From Escherichia phage vB_EcoM_WFK, in the sequence record MK373775.1: a stretch of 64,000 bases of DNA. One strand, 5' to 3'. Below are positions 1-9,648 of the stretch, one piece after another. The position numbers and the translations under genes are program-made. Under the pieces are notes generated by a model. The model ran no database searches and was not told the DNA's origin. It worked only from the letters and a program-made list of their open reading frames with translations. How positions within the stretch are numbered: position 1 is the stretch's first letter; each line of letters begins with the position of its first letter.

Positions 1-1
1 C

Positions 2-463
2 GTTTTGGAAAAAGCAGTAAGTGACTATATTAAAGAACAAGTCGCAACCAAACAAGCCCTTGGAGAATTAAACCATCCACCTCGTGCAAATGTTGACCCT
101 ATGCAAGCCGCTATCATTATTGAAGATATGTGGTGGAAAGGAAACGATGTATATGGACGTGCTAGAATTATTGAAGGAGACCATGGTCCCGGTGATAAAT
201 TAGCTGCTAATATACGAGCTGGTTGGATTCCAGGTGTTTCCTCTCGTGGTCTTGGTTCTTTAACCGACACCAATAAAGGGTACCGTATCGTGAACGAAGG
301 ATTTAAATTAACCGTCGGCGTAGATGCCGTATGGGGACCTTCTGCTCCAGATGCTTGGGTTACTCCTAAACAAATATCAGAATCAGAAAATTCGGTGGAA
401 ATCACCAAAAACAGTGCTGACGAAGCATTTAAAGCTCTCGCAGAGAGTTTAAAAGCATTATAA
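2..463 (+). CDS. 21: Prohead core protease gp21, C-terminal part (5' end lies outside the window; the track start at 5 is a TTG artefact)
   Basis: 152 aa in frame with no real start; strong similarity to the T4 gp21 C-terminal region; sits immediately upstream of 22-23 as in T4. Confidence 0.85.
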   Translation, partial: VLEKAVSDYIKEQVATKQALGELNHPPRANVDPMQAAIIIEDMWWKGNDVYGRARIIEGDHGPGDKLAANIRAGWIPGVSSRGLGSLTDTNKGYRIVNEGFKLTVGVDAVWGPSAPDAWVTPKQISESENSVEITKNSADEAFKALAESLKAL

Positions 464-466
464 ATA
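459..466 (+). promoter_or_regulatory. T4-type late promoter (TATAAATA) upstream of gene 22
   Basis: Exact TATAAATA octamer 31 nt upstream of the gene 22 ATG, overlapping the gene 21 stop. Confidence 0.5.
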
Positions 467-496
467 ATAATGTAATCTAAACCACAGGACACTAAA

Positions 497-1309
497 ATGA
501 TCAAAGAACAACTTTTGAAAGAAGCTCAGAACATCGAGACTTCAGTTGCTCTTAATAGTGTTTTCGAATCAGTAGAACTGTCTCCGGACGTTAAAGCTAA
601 TTTCAGCACTGTATTCGAAGCCACCGTTAAGCAGGAAGCAGTCAAACTTGCTGAATCTCATATCAAAGCCATCGCCGAAAAGGCCGAAGAAGAAGTTGAA
701 AAGGCTAAAGAAGATGCTGAAGAGAAAGCTGATAAAAAATTGGCTGAACAAGCTTCTAAATTCCTAGACCATCTTGCAAAAGAATGGCTCGCAGAAAACC
801 AAATCGCAGTTGATAAAGGCATTAAAGCTGATTTGTTCGAATCCATGCTTGGTGGTCTGAAAGAACTGTTTGTTGAACATAACGTTGTTGTTCCAGAAGA
901 ATCTGTAGATGTTGTAGCAGAAATGGAAGAAGAGCTGGCCGAACATAAAGAAGAAACCGCTCGTTTGTTCGAAGAAGTTACCAAACGTGATGCATATATC
1001 AATTACGTTCAGCGTGAAACCGCTATTAATGAAAGCGTAAAAGACCTGACTGAATCTCAGAAAGAAAAAGTTATTGGCCTGGTTGAAGGTATGGATTATT
1101 CTGACGCATTTGGTACTAAGTTAACTGCTATTGTAGAAATGGTTAAAGGTTCTACTAAAGAAGAAGCCGCTATTACCGAAAGTATAAATACAGTTGACAA
1201 TGACGCTGCCGGTCTTAATTTTGTTGCCGAAGCAGTTGACACTACCACAACTCAGGTAGAACAGAATTCTAATGTAAGTTTATATGCGAAAGTCGCATCT
1301 CGTTTCTAA
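497..1309 (+). CDS. 22: Prohead core scaffold protein gp22
   Basis: 270 aa, acidic and Ala/Glu/Lys-rich coiled-coil-like protein between 21 and 23; size matches T4 gp22. Confidence 0.85.
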   Translation: MIKEQLLKEAQNIETSVALNSVFESVELSPDVKANFSTVFEATVKQEAVKLAESHIKAIAEKAEEEVEKAKEDAEEKADKKLAEQASKFLDHLAKEWLAENQIAVDKGIKADLFESMLGGLKELFVEHNVVVPEESVDVVAEMEEELAEHKEETARLFEEVTKRDAYINYVQRETAINESVKDLTESQKEKVIGLVEGMDYSDAFGTKLTAIVEMVKGSTKEEAAITESINTVDNDAAGLNFVAEAVDTTTTQVEQNSNVSLYAKVASRF

Positions 1310-1326
1310 TTTAAAGGTTAACACAA

Positions 1327-2895
1327 ATGACTACTATCAAAACTAAAGCTCAGCTCGTAGACAAATGGAAAGAACTGCTGGAAGGTGAAGGCCTGCCGGA
1401 AATCGCTAATAGCAAGCAGGCTATTATCGCTAAAATCTTCGAAAACCAGGAAAAAGATTTCGAAGTATCCCCTGAATATAAAGACGAGAAAATCGCTCAG
1501 GCATTTGGTTCTTTCTTGACCGAAGCTGAAATTGGCGGTGACCACGGTTATAACGCTCAGAACATCGCAGCAGGTCAAACCTCTGGTGCAGTAACCCAAA
1601 TTGGGCCGGCAGTTATGGGTATGGTTCGTCGTGCTATTCCTAATCTGATCGCTTTTGATATTTGTGGTGTTCAGCCTATGAACAGCCCTACCGGTCAGGT
1701 ATTTGCTCTCCGTGCAGTATATGGTAAAGACCCTATCGCTGCCGGCGCTAAAGAAGCTTTCCATCCGATGTATGCTCCAGATGCGATGTTCTCTGGTCAG
1801 GGTGCTGCTAAGAAATTCCCAGCTCTGGCTGCTAGCACACAAACCACAGTAGGTGATATCTATACTCACTTCTTCCAAGAAACTGGTACTGTATATCTGC
1901 AAGCTTCTGCTGTCGTAACACTTGATTCTGGTGCAACTGATGCAGCTAAATTAGATGCAGAAGTTAAGAAACAAATGGAAGCTGGTGCACTGGTAGAAAT
2001 CGCTGAAGGTATGGCTACTTCTATCGCTGAACTCCAGGAAGGTTTCAACGGTTCTACCGATAACCCATGGAATGAAATGGGCTTCCGTATCGATAAACAA
2101 GTTATCGAAGCTAAATCTCGCCAGCTGAAAGCTGCTTACTCTATCGAATTAGCACAAGACCTCCGTGCAGTACACGGTATGGATGCTGATGCTGAATTGA
2201 GTGGTATTCTGGCTACAGAAATTATGCTAGAAATCAACCGTGAAGTTGTTGATTGGATTAACTACTCTGCACAGGTTGGTAAATCTGGTATGACCCTGAC
2301 TCCGGGTTCTAAAGCTGGTGTATTTGACTTCCAGGACCCGATTGATATCCGTGGTGCTCGTTGGGCCGGTGAAAGCTTTAAATCTCTGTTGTTCCAGATT
2401 GATAAAGAAGCAGTTGAAATTGCTCGTCAAACCGGTCGCGGTGAAGGTAACTTCATTATCGCTTCCCGTAACGTAGTTAACGTACTGGCTTCAGTTGATA
2501 CTGGTATTTCTTACGCTGCACAGGGTCTGGCTTCTGGTTTTAATACCGACACTACTAAGTCTGTATTTGCCGGTGTCCTTGGTGGTAAATACCGCGTATA
2601 CATCGACCAGTATGCTAAACAGGATTACTTCACCGTTGGTTACAAAGGCGCTAACGAAATGGATGCAGGTATCTACTATGCTCCTTACGTTGCACTTACC
2701 CCGCTGCGTGGTTCCGATCCTAAGAACTTCCAGCCGGTAATGGGCTTTAAAACTCGTTACGGTATCGGTGTTAACCCGTTTGCTGAAAGTTCCCTGCAGG
2801 CTCCAGGTGCTCGCATCCAGTCCGGTATGCCGTCTATCCTGAACAGCCTTGGTAAGAACGCTTACTTTAGACGCGTCTACGTTAAAGGAATTTAA
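1327..2895 (+). CDS. 23: Major capsid protein gp23
   Basis: 522 aa; near-identity to the T4 gp23 sequence as recalled; ATG start preceded by a Shine-Dalgarno sequence. Confidence 0.97.
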   Translation: MTTIKTKAQLVDKWKELLEGEGLPEIANSKQAIIAKIFENQEKDFEVSPEYKDEKIAQAFGSFLTEAEIGGDHGYNAQNIAAGQTSGAVTQIGPAVMGMVRRAIPNLIAFDICGVQPMNSPTGQVFALRAVYGKDPIAAGAKEAFHPMYAPDAMFSGQGAAKKFPALAASTQTTVGDIYTHFFQETGTVYLQASAVVTLDSGATDAAKLDAEVKKQMEAGALVEIAEGMATSIAELQEGFNGSTDNPWNEMGFRIDKQVIEAKSRQLKAAYSIELAQDLRAVHGMDADAELSGILATEIMLEINREVVDWINYSAQVGKSGMTLTPGSKAGVFDFQDPIDIRGARWAGESFKSLLFQIDKEAVEIARQTGRGEGNFIIASRNVVNVLASVDTGISYAAQGLASGFNTDTTKSVFAGVLGGKYRVYIDQYAKQDYFTVGYKGANEMDAGIYYAPYVALTPLRGSDPKNFQPVMGFKTRYGIGVNPFAESSLQAPGARIQSGMPSILNSLGKNAYFRRVYVKGI

Positions 2896-2924
2896 TGCTT
2901 TAACGTTAAAATACATAACCTTAT

Positions 2925-2954
2925 GGGAGACTTCGGTCTCCCATTTTTGGTTTT
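2925..2954 (+). terminator. Rho-independent terminator after gene 23 (GGGAGAC-UUCG-GUCUCCC hairpin followed by a T-run)
   Basis: Perfect 7-bp stem with a UUCG tetraloop followed by ATTTTTGGTTTT. Confidence 0.6.
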
Positions 2955-3222
2955 ATTTCTGTGCAATTTCGATGTAAGTTTTCAAAATATTTTGCCAATT
3001 AGGCATACCTTCTTGGGCATATGCCGGAGAACCATCTTTGTTTTTGAATGATGCAAGTTTATCAGTGGCCCAATAACCTTTAGCTCGAGCTTCAGAATCA
3101 ACTTTCATCCATACTTTGTTGAAGGCATTACCATTAACTTTTGCACCATATTTTTCTACTAACTTAACTGCTTCAGCTTCCAGAACTTTTAAAGTATCTC
3201 GTAAGAAACGTGCTTTAGTCAT
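2953..3222 (-). CDS. Hypothetical 89-aa protein on the opposite strand between genes 23 and 24 (the position T4 uses for segD)
   Basis: ORF with its own upstream early-type promoter (3251..3283); no recognisable motif. Confidence 0.4.
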   Translation of the reverse strand: MTKARFLRDTLKVLEAEAVKLVEKYGAKVNGNAFNKVWMKVDSEARAKGYWATDKLASFKNKDGSPAYAQEGMPNWQNILKTYIEIAQK

Positions 3223-3250
3223 TTTGTTTACTCCTCTGTAGTTGATAAGT

Positions 3251-3283
3251 CTATAGTATCACATACCAAATACGTTGTAAACA
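3251..3283 (-). promoter_or_regulatory. T4 early-type sigma70 promoter (GTTTACA-N17-TACTAT) reading into the 89-aa ORF
   Basis: Minus strand reads TGTTTACA, a 17-nt spacer, then TACTATAG. Confidence 0.45.
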
Positions 3284-3288
3284 ATCTT

Positions 3289-3296
3289 TATAAATA
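3289..3296 (+). promoter_or_regulatory. T4-type late promoter (TATAAATA) upstream of gene 24
   Basis: Exact TATAAATA 28 nt upstream of the gene 24 ATG. Confidence 0.5.
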
Positions 3297-3323
3297 ATCT
3301 ATATCACATAAGGAAAAAATGCA

Positions 3324-4607
3324 ATGAGTAAAATCCAAAAATTATTGCGTGAATCTACAACGTCTACTAGCAACTCAATTGGTCGCCCAAATCTCGTTGC
3401 TTTGACTCGCGCTACGACTAAATTAATATATTCTGACATTGTAGCAACACAAAGAACTAATCAACCTGTTGCTGCTTTTTATGGTATCAAATATCTTAAC
3501 CCAGATAACGAATTCACATTTAAAACTGGCGCTACTTATGCTGGTGAAGCTGGATACGTAGACCGAGAAAAAATTACTGAGCTCACAGAAGAATCAAAAG
3601 TCACACTAAATAAAGGCGATTTTTTCAAATATAATAATATCGTCTATAAAGTGTTAGAAGATACACCATTTGCAGATATTCAAGAAAGTGATCTAGAATT
3701 AGCTCTTCAGATTGCAGTCGTTCATTTAAAGGTACGGTTATTTTCAGATGCAGCGGTAACAAGCAAATTTGAAAGCTCTGATAGCGAAATTTCTGATGCA
3801 AGATTCCAGATTAATAAATGGCAAACTTCAGTCAAATCTCGTAAACTTAAAACTGGTCTCACGGTTGAATTAGCGCAAGATTTGGAAGCGAATGGATTTG
3901 ATGCCCCTAACTTCTTAGAAGATTTGCTTGCTACTGAAATGGCAGATGAAATTAATAAAGATATTCTTCAGTCTTTAATTACTGTATCGAAACGTTATAA
4001 AGTTACTGGAATTACTGACACCGGATTTATTGACTTGAGCTATGCATCCGCTCCAGAAGCAGGTCGTTCGTTATATCGAATGGTGTGTGAAATGGTATCA
4101 CACATCCAAAAAGAGACAACTTATACTGCAACGTTTTGTGTAGCCTCAGCTCGTGCAGCTGCTATTCTTGCTGCTTCCGGTTGGTTAAAACATAAGCCAG
4201 AAGATGACAAGTATCTTTCACAAAATGCTTATGGATTCTTGGCAAATGGATTACCTCTTTACTGCGATACCAACAGCCCGTTAGATTATGTTATTGTGGG
4301 TGTTGTAGAAAATCTCGGCGAAAAAGAAATTGTAGGGTCCATCTTTTATGCTCCATACACTGAAGGAGTGGATTTAGATGACCCGGAACATGTCGGTGCA
4401 TTTAAAGTTGTAGTTGATCCGGAAAGCTTGCAACCGTCTATTGGATTATTGGTTAGATATGCTTTATCAGCAAATCCTTACACAGTAGCAAAAGATGAAA
4501 AAGAAGCGAGAGTAATTGATGGCGGGGACATGGATAAAATGGCGGGACGTTCAGACTTGTCTGTTTTACTCGGTGTTAAATTGCCTAAAATTATTATAGA
4601 TGAATAA
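3324..4607 (+). CDS. 24: Capsid vertex protein gp24
   Basis: 427 aa; strong similarity to T4 gp24 and paralogous to gp23. Confidence 0.95.
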   Translation: MSKIQKLLRESTTSTSNSIGRPNLVALTRATTKLIYSDIVATQRTNQPVAAFYGIKYLNPDNEFTFKTGATYAGEAGYVDREKITELTEESKVTLNKGDFFKYNNIVYKVLEDTPFADIQESDLELALQIAVVHLKVRLFSDAAVTSKFESSDSEISDARFQINKWQTSVKSRKLKTGLTVELAQDLEANGFDAPNFLEDLLATEMADEINKDILQSLITVSKRYKVTGITDTGFIDLSYASAPEAGRSLYRMVCEMVSHIQKETTYTATFCVASARAAAILAASGWLKHKPEDDKYLSQNAYGFLANGLPLYCDTNSPLDYVIVGVVENLGEKEIVGSIFYAPYTEGVDLDDPEHVGAFKVVVDPESLQPSIGLLVRYALSANPYTVAKDEKEARVIDGGDMDKMAGRSDLSVLLGVKLPKIIIDE

Positions 4608-4643
4608 ACAAAAAAAAAGGGACCGTAAGGTCCCTTTTTTTCG
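4608..4643. terminator. Bidirectional terminator between convergent genes 24 and rnlB (A-run, GGGACC-GUAA-GGUCCC hairpin, T-run)
   Basis: AAAAAAAAA, a perfect 6-bp hairpin, then TTTTTTT; works as hairpin plus U-run on both strands. Confidence 0.65.
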
Positions 4644-5642
4644 TTATGATACTAATTCAATCCATGCAGGACGCAGAACATCTTGCACCATTCGGACTAA
4701 TTCTTTCTTAACAAGATTCGGATTATCAGATGATGTTAATACAATACCTTCACGAGAAGTTTCTTCCAGAATATCTTGAACAGTCAATCCCATCACTTTG
4801 CCAAAAGATTTTGGCGTTACAGCCCCAATCTTAGAAATAACATTATTAACACGATTTAATGTAACATAACAAGCTAGAACATCAAGCAAGTTTTTGTCAA
4901 TTTCGGTTAATGGAACCTGAGTTTTAATAGGCTTATCAGACTTTTTCTTTTCACTGAATTTAGAGTTCTTGCACTTAATAGCTACACGAGTACCGTTTGG
5001 CAGCCATTTAGGGAAACAAGGCTTCAGAACATAACCTTCTGCCGTATTATCGCCAATAACATTAGCATCAAATACACAATTATTTGCTTCGACAAGGTCT
5101 TCTGACGCAGTAGCATTATAAGCGGCTAAGACGGAATCAAGGTCATTTGGAATCATGATAAGAGAATCAAATGTTCCACGACCAAGCATTGGTGCCATTT
5201 TAAAACCGAATTCATTACAGAAATCTTGCATTTCGTAATCGGTCAAATACGTATTATCACCACTTTCTGTATTGATAAGGATATCGAACACATAAAAATC
5301 TTTTTCACCGTAGTCAACACCTTTCTGGATTCCACCACCAGCAAATTCACCGAATACTTGATATGATACGGCTCGAGCTGTGTACATGAATTCCTGAACG
5401 GCTTTAATAGCTTTATCATACTTCTTGAGTACGATTTCATAACCATAAAAATCTTCTGCTGGAAGAATAGGGCCTGTGCGCTTGGCGCATGTGACGTTGC
5501 CACGTTCAATTATTAACGAGAAGTTGGTCCCATGGATTTTCTCACGTGCTACCCAAACACCAGTAGTCAAACCATTAGTGTAGAGTTTTTCAATAAACTT
5601 AGAGTTGTAGTGGTTTTCAAGACTGCTGTATTTCTTAAACAT
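4644..5642 (-). CDS. rnlB: RNA ligase 2 (Rnl2)
   Basis: 332 aa; KIHGTN nucleotidyltransferase lysine motif near the N-terminus; collinear similarity to T4 Rnl2. Confidence 0.95.
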   Translation of the reverse strand: MFKKYSSLENHYNSKFIEKLYTNGLTTGVWVAREKIHGTNFSLIIERGNVTCAKRTGPILPAEDFYGYEIVLKKYDKAIKAVQEFMYTARAVSYQVFGEFAGGGIQKGVDYGEKDFYVFDILINTESGDNTYLTDYEMQDFCNEFGFKMAPMLGRGTFDSLIMIPNDLDSVLAAYNATASEDLVEANNCVFDANVIGDNTAEGYVLKPCFPKWLPNGTRVAIKCKNSKFSEKKKSDKPIKTQVPLTEIDKNLLDVLACYVTLNRVNNVISKIGAVTPKSFGKVMGLTVQDILEETSREGIVLTSSDNPNLVKKELVRMVQDVLRPAWIELVS

Positions 5643-5761
5643 AAATCACCATTATAAATAATAATATCAAAATAATTAGCAGAGACTCTATCTCTGACCG
5701 GATGTTTAATTTGAATGGATAGAACCTAGATTCATTATACCATCAAAAAATGTAAAGCATA

Positions 5762-6013
5762 CTAGAACTTGATTTCTATCCAGTGCCCATCACGCTGGTC
5801 GTGATTAATTTTGTACTGAAAGCCGTTATCACGAAGCCATTGACCGACTTGTTCAGTTATAGTTAAATCGTTCTTTGACGGGTAGTACGTGAATTGTGTC
5901 TGGCCTTTATCAGCGGCTTTCTCTGCTATCACAGAGAAGTTAGTAATAAAATCACTCAACAAATTAGCTTTAGCGGCCAGAGCCCTTTCTCTTAATTCCT
6001 GTGCAAAACTCAT
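5762..6013 (-). CDS. Hypothetical protein (position of T4 24.2)
   Basis: 83-aa ORF, synteny only. Confidence 0.45.
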   Translation of the reverse strand: MSFAQELRERALAAKANLLSDFITNFSVIAEKAADKGQTQFTYYPSKNDLTITEQVGQWLRDNGFQYKINHDQRDGHWIEIKF

Positions 6014-6210
6014 TTCTTCACCTTTTTGTTAATCAAACGTTTACGGTATACAACTTTTTCTTTTGCTTTAAACTTTGACCGAGCTGTCTCGGCTTTAGTC
6101 CATAGTAATCCAACTTCTTTAGGTTGTAAACCAATTTTTTGAGCAATTTCTACGAATGAAAATCCCGCCTCATGTAATGTATAAACTTCAACTTCAGCTC
6201 TCATAATCAA
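6010..6210 (-). CDS. Hypothetical small basic protein (position of T4 24.3)
   Basis: 66-aa ORF with a 4-nt overlap to the downstream gene; Lys/Arg-rich C-terminus. Confidence 0.45.
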   Translation of the reverse strand: MIMRAEVEVYTLHEAGFSFVEIAQKIGLQPKEVGLLWTKAETARSKFKAKEKVVYRKRLINKKVKK

Positions 6211-6284
6211 TCCCGTATTATTTGGTTTGTGCCATTATATACATCAATCTCAAGATGTGTTTTGTATGCTTTAAAAACGAAGAA

Positions 6285-6300
6285 AGGGGCCGAAGCCCCT
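6285..6300 (-). terminator. UUCG-tetraloop hairpin with T-run downstream of hoc (minus strand)
   Basis: Minus strand reads AGGGGC-UUCG-GCCCCU followed by TTCTTCGTTTTT. Confidence 0.5.
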
Positions 6301-6303
6301 TGA

Positions 6304-6798
6304 TTATGGATATGTATAGATGATACCAGTTTCCAAAGCAGTTTTATGGATGATGTATCCATTACGTGATTCTTGAACATCAACTTCTGGATAGTCTTTC
6401 ATCATCTTCTGAAGCGTATAACGATGCAAGTAATACTTACTATCTGGATCTTCAGTTTTCCAATCTTTACCTTCTTCAGTCATTTTTTGGATTTCATCCA
6501 TAACCCACCAACCGCACCAGATGTAAGCTGAAGTACGATGTGGAAGAGGATGAACATAAGGTAATTCACCTTCTGGAACTGTATTTGTTGCAACTACTTT
6601 AATAGTCTTTTGACCGGCAGGTCCTTTTAGTACATAACTAAAAGTTGCTTCAGCTCCATCTTGCGGAACATCATCTACAGACCAAGCATATGTAATAGTT
6701 CCACCTCCAGTTTCACCACCGGGAGTAGCAGTAAACTGCTTAGTCTCATCTATAACTCCAGTAGGTGTTTTAGGAGTTATATCAACTGTAAAAGCCAT
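6304..6798 (-). CDS. hoc: Head outer capsid protein Hoc, short form (one Ig-like domain plus the capsid-binding domain)
   Basis: 164 aa; the N-terminal ~75 aa and C-terminal ~85 aa match T4 Hoc domain 1 and the capsid-binding domain; the middle Ig domains are missing. Confidence 0.8.
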   Translation of the reverse strand: MAFTVDITPKTPTGVIDETKQFTATPGGETGGGTITYAWSVDDVPQDGAEATFSYVLKGPAGQKTIKVVATNTVPEGELPYVHPLPHRTSAYIWCGWWVMDEIQKMTEEGKDWKTEDPDSKYYLHRYTLQKMMKDYPEVDVQESRNGYIIHKTALETGIIYTYP

Positions 6799-6807
6799 AA
6801 GTTATCC

Positions 6808-7476
6808 TTATTTTAATGTTACGAAAGAAGAATTACGAGTTTCACGAATTAGAACTGATCCATCGCGATTAATATAATAAATTAAGCTAAATAATGTTTG
6901 GTGAGCAGAAGCGTGCACAAAACTGGTTGGGCGAGATTTCCAATCTGGGGTTTCGGCTATCCATTGATAAATCCACCAAGGAACAGTAACATATCCTGGG
7001 CCTTTGCCTAATTTAATGAGTGTAGGACTAAAATTTTCAGGCAGAACAAATTTTACTTCTTTATTTACCTCTGGATCAGGCTCTTTTTCAGATTCAACAA
7101 CCTGAGTAATTGCTTCTTCGAATTTATCATGGTCGAATTCTTTTTCTTGTTCGACAACTTCTAATACTTCAACTTGTTCTGTTGGAGAATCAAACAACAG
7201 AATAGCTTCTTCTTTAACTTCTTCGTTGGTGAAATTAACACCGTCCACATCATCTGCGGCAGTAATTAAATCGGTGATAGATAATCCATCGGTTTCAGGT
7301 AATGGTTCATCAGCCAGTGCGTTAAGAGCTTCTTCGATATCAATAACAATATTATCGAATGATTTTGTTTTCTTAACACTAATGCCAAATTGTTTCGCAT
7401 ATTCGAACAGTTTAGCTTTGGCTTCCTTTTTATCAGAAAGAGCACGTAACTCTTCAATATAGTCTTTATCGATCAT
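6808..7476 (-). CDS. inh: Inh-like protein (inhibitor of prohead protease), acidic
   Basis: 222 aa, highly acidic, in the hoc-inh position; T4 Inh is of similar size. Confidence 0.5.
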   Translation of the reverse strand: MIDKDYIEELRALSDKKEAKAKLFEYAKQFGISVKKTKSFDNIVIDIEEALNALADEPLPETDGLSITDLITAADDVDGVNFTNEEVKEEAILLFDSPTEQVEVLEVVEQEKEFDHDKFEEAITQVVESEKEPDPEVNKEVKFVLPENFSPTLIKLGKGPGYVTVPWWIYQWIAETPDWKSRPTSFVHASAHQTLFSLIYYINRDGSVLIRETRNSSFVTLK

Positions 7477-7489
7477 GGTATTTCCTCAT

Positions 7490-7497
7490 TATAAATA
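7490..7497 (+). promoter_or_regulatory. T4-type late promoter (TATAAATA) upstream of uvsW
   Basis: Exact TATAAATA about 30 nt upstream of the uvsW ATG. Confidence 0.45.
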
Positions 7498-7526
7498 TAA
7501 CTATATTTATTACATGGTAATTTGAC

Positions 7527-9041
7527 ATGACTGACATTAAAGTACATTTTTATGATTTTAGTCACGTGCGCATTGAATGCGACGAAAGTACGTTTTACGA
7601 ACTTCGTGACTTTTTTAGCTTTGAAGCTGACGGGTATAAATTTAACCCAAAATATCGCTATGGGAACTGGGATGGTAGAATTCGACTTTTAGATTACAAC
7701 CGTTTGTTACCATATGGACTTGTAGGACAAATAAAAAAGTTCTGTAGCAATATGAGTTATTCTGTATGGATTGACCCTAAAATCTTTGAGACCGAAGACC
7801 TTACCAGAGAAGATTTTGACGCATGGCTTTCTAAACAAGAAATTTATTCAGGCAACGCCAAAATCGAACCACATTGGTATCAAAAAGATGCAGTATATGA
7901 AGGACTAGTTAATCGTCGTCGAATTTTAAACCTTCCGACATCAGCAGGTAAATCACTAATCCAAGCACTTTTAGCTCGATATTATCTAGAGAATTATGAA
8001 GGTAAAATTCTCATTATCGTCCCTACAACAGCATTGACAACCCAGATGGCTAATGATTTTGTTGATTATCGCTTGTTTAGTCATTCGATGATTAAGAAAA
8101 TTGGCGGTGGTGCTGATAAAGCAGACAAATCTAAAAACGACGCTCCAATTATTGTTGGCACATGGCAAACAGTAGTTAAGCAGCCTAAAGAATGGTTCTC
8201 TCAGTTCGGTATGATGATGAACGATGAATGCCACTTAGCAACAGGCAAAAGTATTTCTTCAATCATCGCAGGATTAAATAATTGTATGTTTAAATTCGGT
8301 TTATCTGGCTCATTAAGAGACGGAAAAGCCAATGTAATGCAGTACGTAGGTATGTTCGGCGAAATCTTCCGTCCTGTTAGCACGTCTAAATTAATGGAAG
8401 ACGGACAGGTAACTGAGCTTAAGATTAACAGTATTTTCCTTCGTTATCCGGACGAATTCACCGTTAAATTAAAAGGTAAAACATACCAAGAAGAAGTTAA
8501 AATTATTACCGGACTAAAACGACGTACAAAGTGGATTGCTCAACTTTCAGTCAAATTGGCTAAGAAAGACGAGAACGCCTTTGTAATGTTTAAACACGTT
8601 ACACATGGTAAAGAAATATTTGAAGCTATTAAAGAGCTTGGATACGAAAAAGTTTATTACGTATCGGGTGAAGTTGATACTGAAACACGTAACGCGCTTA
8701 AAGTCATGGCAGAAAATGGTAAAGGCATTATTATTGTCGCATCATATGGAGTATTCTCTACTGGTATTTCAGTCAAGAATCTTCATCATGTTATTTTCGC
8801 TCATGGTGTTAAATCAAAAATTATCGTACTTCAAACCGTAGGTCGCGTACTTCGTAAGCATGGTTCTAAAGCTGTTGCTACAGTTTGGGATCTCATCGAT
8901 GACGCAGGTGTAAAACCTAAATCATTAAATACTAAAAAGAAGTATACTCATCTTAATTACTTGTTAAAACACGGTATTGATCGTATCCAACGTTACGCTG
9001 ATGAGAAATTTAACTATGTAATGAAAACAATTAATTTATAA
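7527..9041 (+). CDS. uvsW: UvsW DNA/RNA helicase (SF2, recombination-repair)
   Basis: 504 aa; N-terminus nearly identical to T4 UvsW; Walker A LPTSAGKS and a DECH box. Confidence 0.95.
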   Translation: MTDIKVHFYDFSHVRIECDESTFYELRDFFSFEADGYKFNPKYRYGNWDGRIRLLDYNRLLPYGLVGQIKKFCSNMSYSVWIDPKIFETEDLTREDFDAWLSKQEIYSGNAKIEPHWYQKDAVYEGLVNRRRILNLPTSAGKSLIQALLARYYLENYEGKILIIVPTTALTTQMANDFVDYRLFSHSMIKKIGGGADKADKSKNDAPIIVGTWQTVVKQPKEWFSQFGMMMNDECHLATGKSISSIIAGLNNCMFKFGLSGSLRDGKANVMQYVGMFGEIFRPVSTSKLMEDGQVTELKINSIFLRYPDEFTVKLKGKTYQEEVKIITGLKRRTKWIAQLSVKLAKKDENAFVMFKHVTHGKEIFEAIKELGYEKVYYVSGEVDTETRNALKVMAENGKGIIIVASYGVFSTGISVKNLHHVIFAHGVKSKIIVLQTVGRVLRKHGSKAVATVWDLIDDAGVKPKSLNTKKKYTHLNYLLKHGIDRIQRYADEKFNYVMKTINL

Positions 9042-9066
9042 GGGCTTCGGCCCTTAGGAGATAAAA

Positions 9067-9300
9067 ATGGTACTTGAATTTAAACAATTTTTATACGAAG
9101 CATCTATTGACGAATTCATGGGTAAAATTGCTAGTTGTCATACCTTAGAAGGGCTTGAAGAATTGGAAGCTTATTATAAGAAACGTATAAAAGAAACGGA
9201 ATTAAAAGATACAGATGATATTTCTGTCAGGGATGCCTTAGCAGGTAAGCGTGCCGAACTTGAAGGCGACGATGATGAGGATGAGGAAGAAGACTTCTAA
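9067..9300 (+). CDS. uvsW.1: UvsW.1 small acidic protein
   Basis: 77 aa directly downstream of uvsW, acidic C-terminal tail; size and position as in T4. Confidence 0.75.
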   Translation: MVLEFKQFLYEASIDEFMGKIASCHTLEGLEELEAYYKKRIKETELKDTDDISVRDALAGKRAELEGDDDEDEEEDF

Positions 9301-9357
9301 TTAAAAAAAGGCCCTTCCAAAAAGGTCGGGCCAAAACCATAGGCAAAAAAGGTAACA

Positions 9358-9525
9358 CTATAGTAAAAGTTTGGTTTCGTTCAATTGCTCTTCTGAACTT
9401 TCTGAAACCGGCATTTGTTGGACATAATTATAACAAGGCCCAGGATGTGCTGGACCTTTGTCTGTTTCAACAACCAATACAGAATCGATTGGAGTTTTAC
9501 AGACAACACAAATCTTATCTGACAT
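9358..9525 (-). CDS. Hypothetical small protein (uvsY.-2 position); start set to the internal ATG
   Basis: The track ORF begins at a non-ATG codon; the internal ATG is preceded by AAAGGAGA. Confidence 0.45.
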   Translation of the reverse strand: MSDKICVVCKTPIDSVLVVETDKGPAHPGPCYNYVQQMPVSESSEEQLNETKLLL

Positions 9526-9648
9526 GATTGTCTCCTTTTGAATATAGTAATATTTATAAACCCATTTTAATCCGCATTTCTTGTACACGGATTAAGCAAG
9601 CTTCCATCTCTGCTAATAGTCGAAATACTTCTTTATAATCTGTCATAT

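Noticed and set aside
1318-2916. Antisense ORFs inside gene 23 (1318..1902 and 2491..2916 on minus, 2495..2740 on plus) and similar antisense or out-of-frame ORFs inside nrdA, alt, gene 30, gp34, gp37 and gp29
   Set aside because: They are fully embedded in well-supported conserved genes, have low-complexity or odd composition and no ribosome-binding site; treated as chance ORFs.
5653-5660. TATAAATA octamer on the plus strand just beyond the rnlB start
   Set aside because: It is on the wrong strand to drive rnlB and there is no plus-strand gene downstream within 1.8 kb; likely a chance occurrence in AT-rich sequence.
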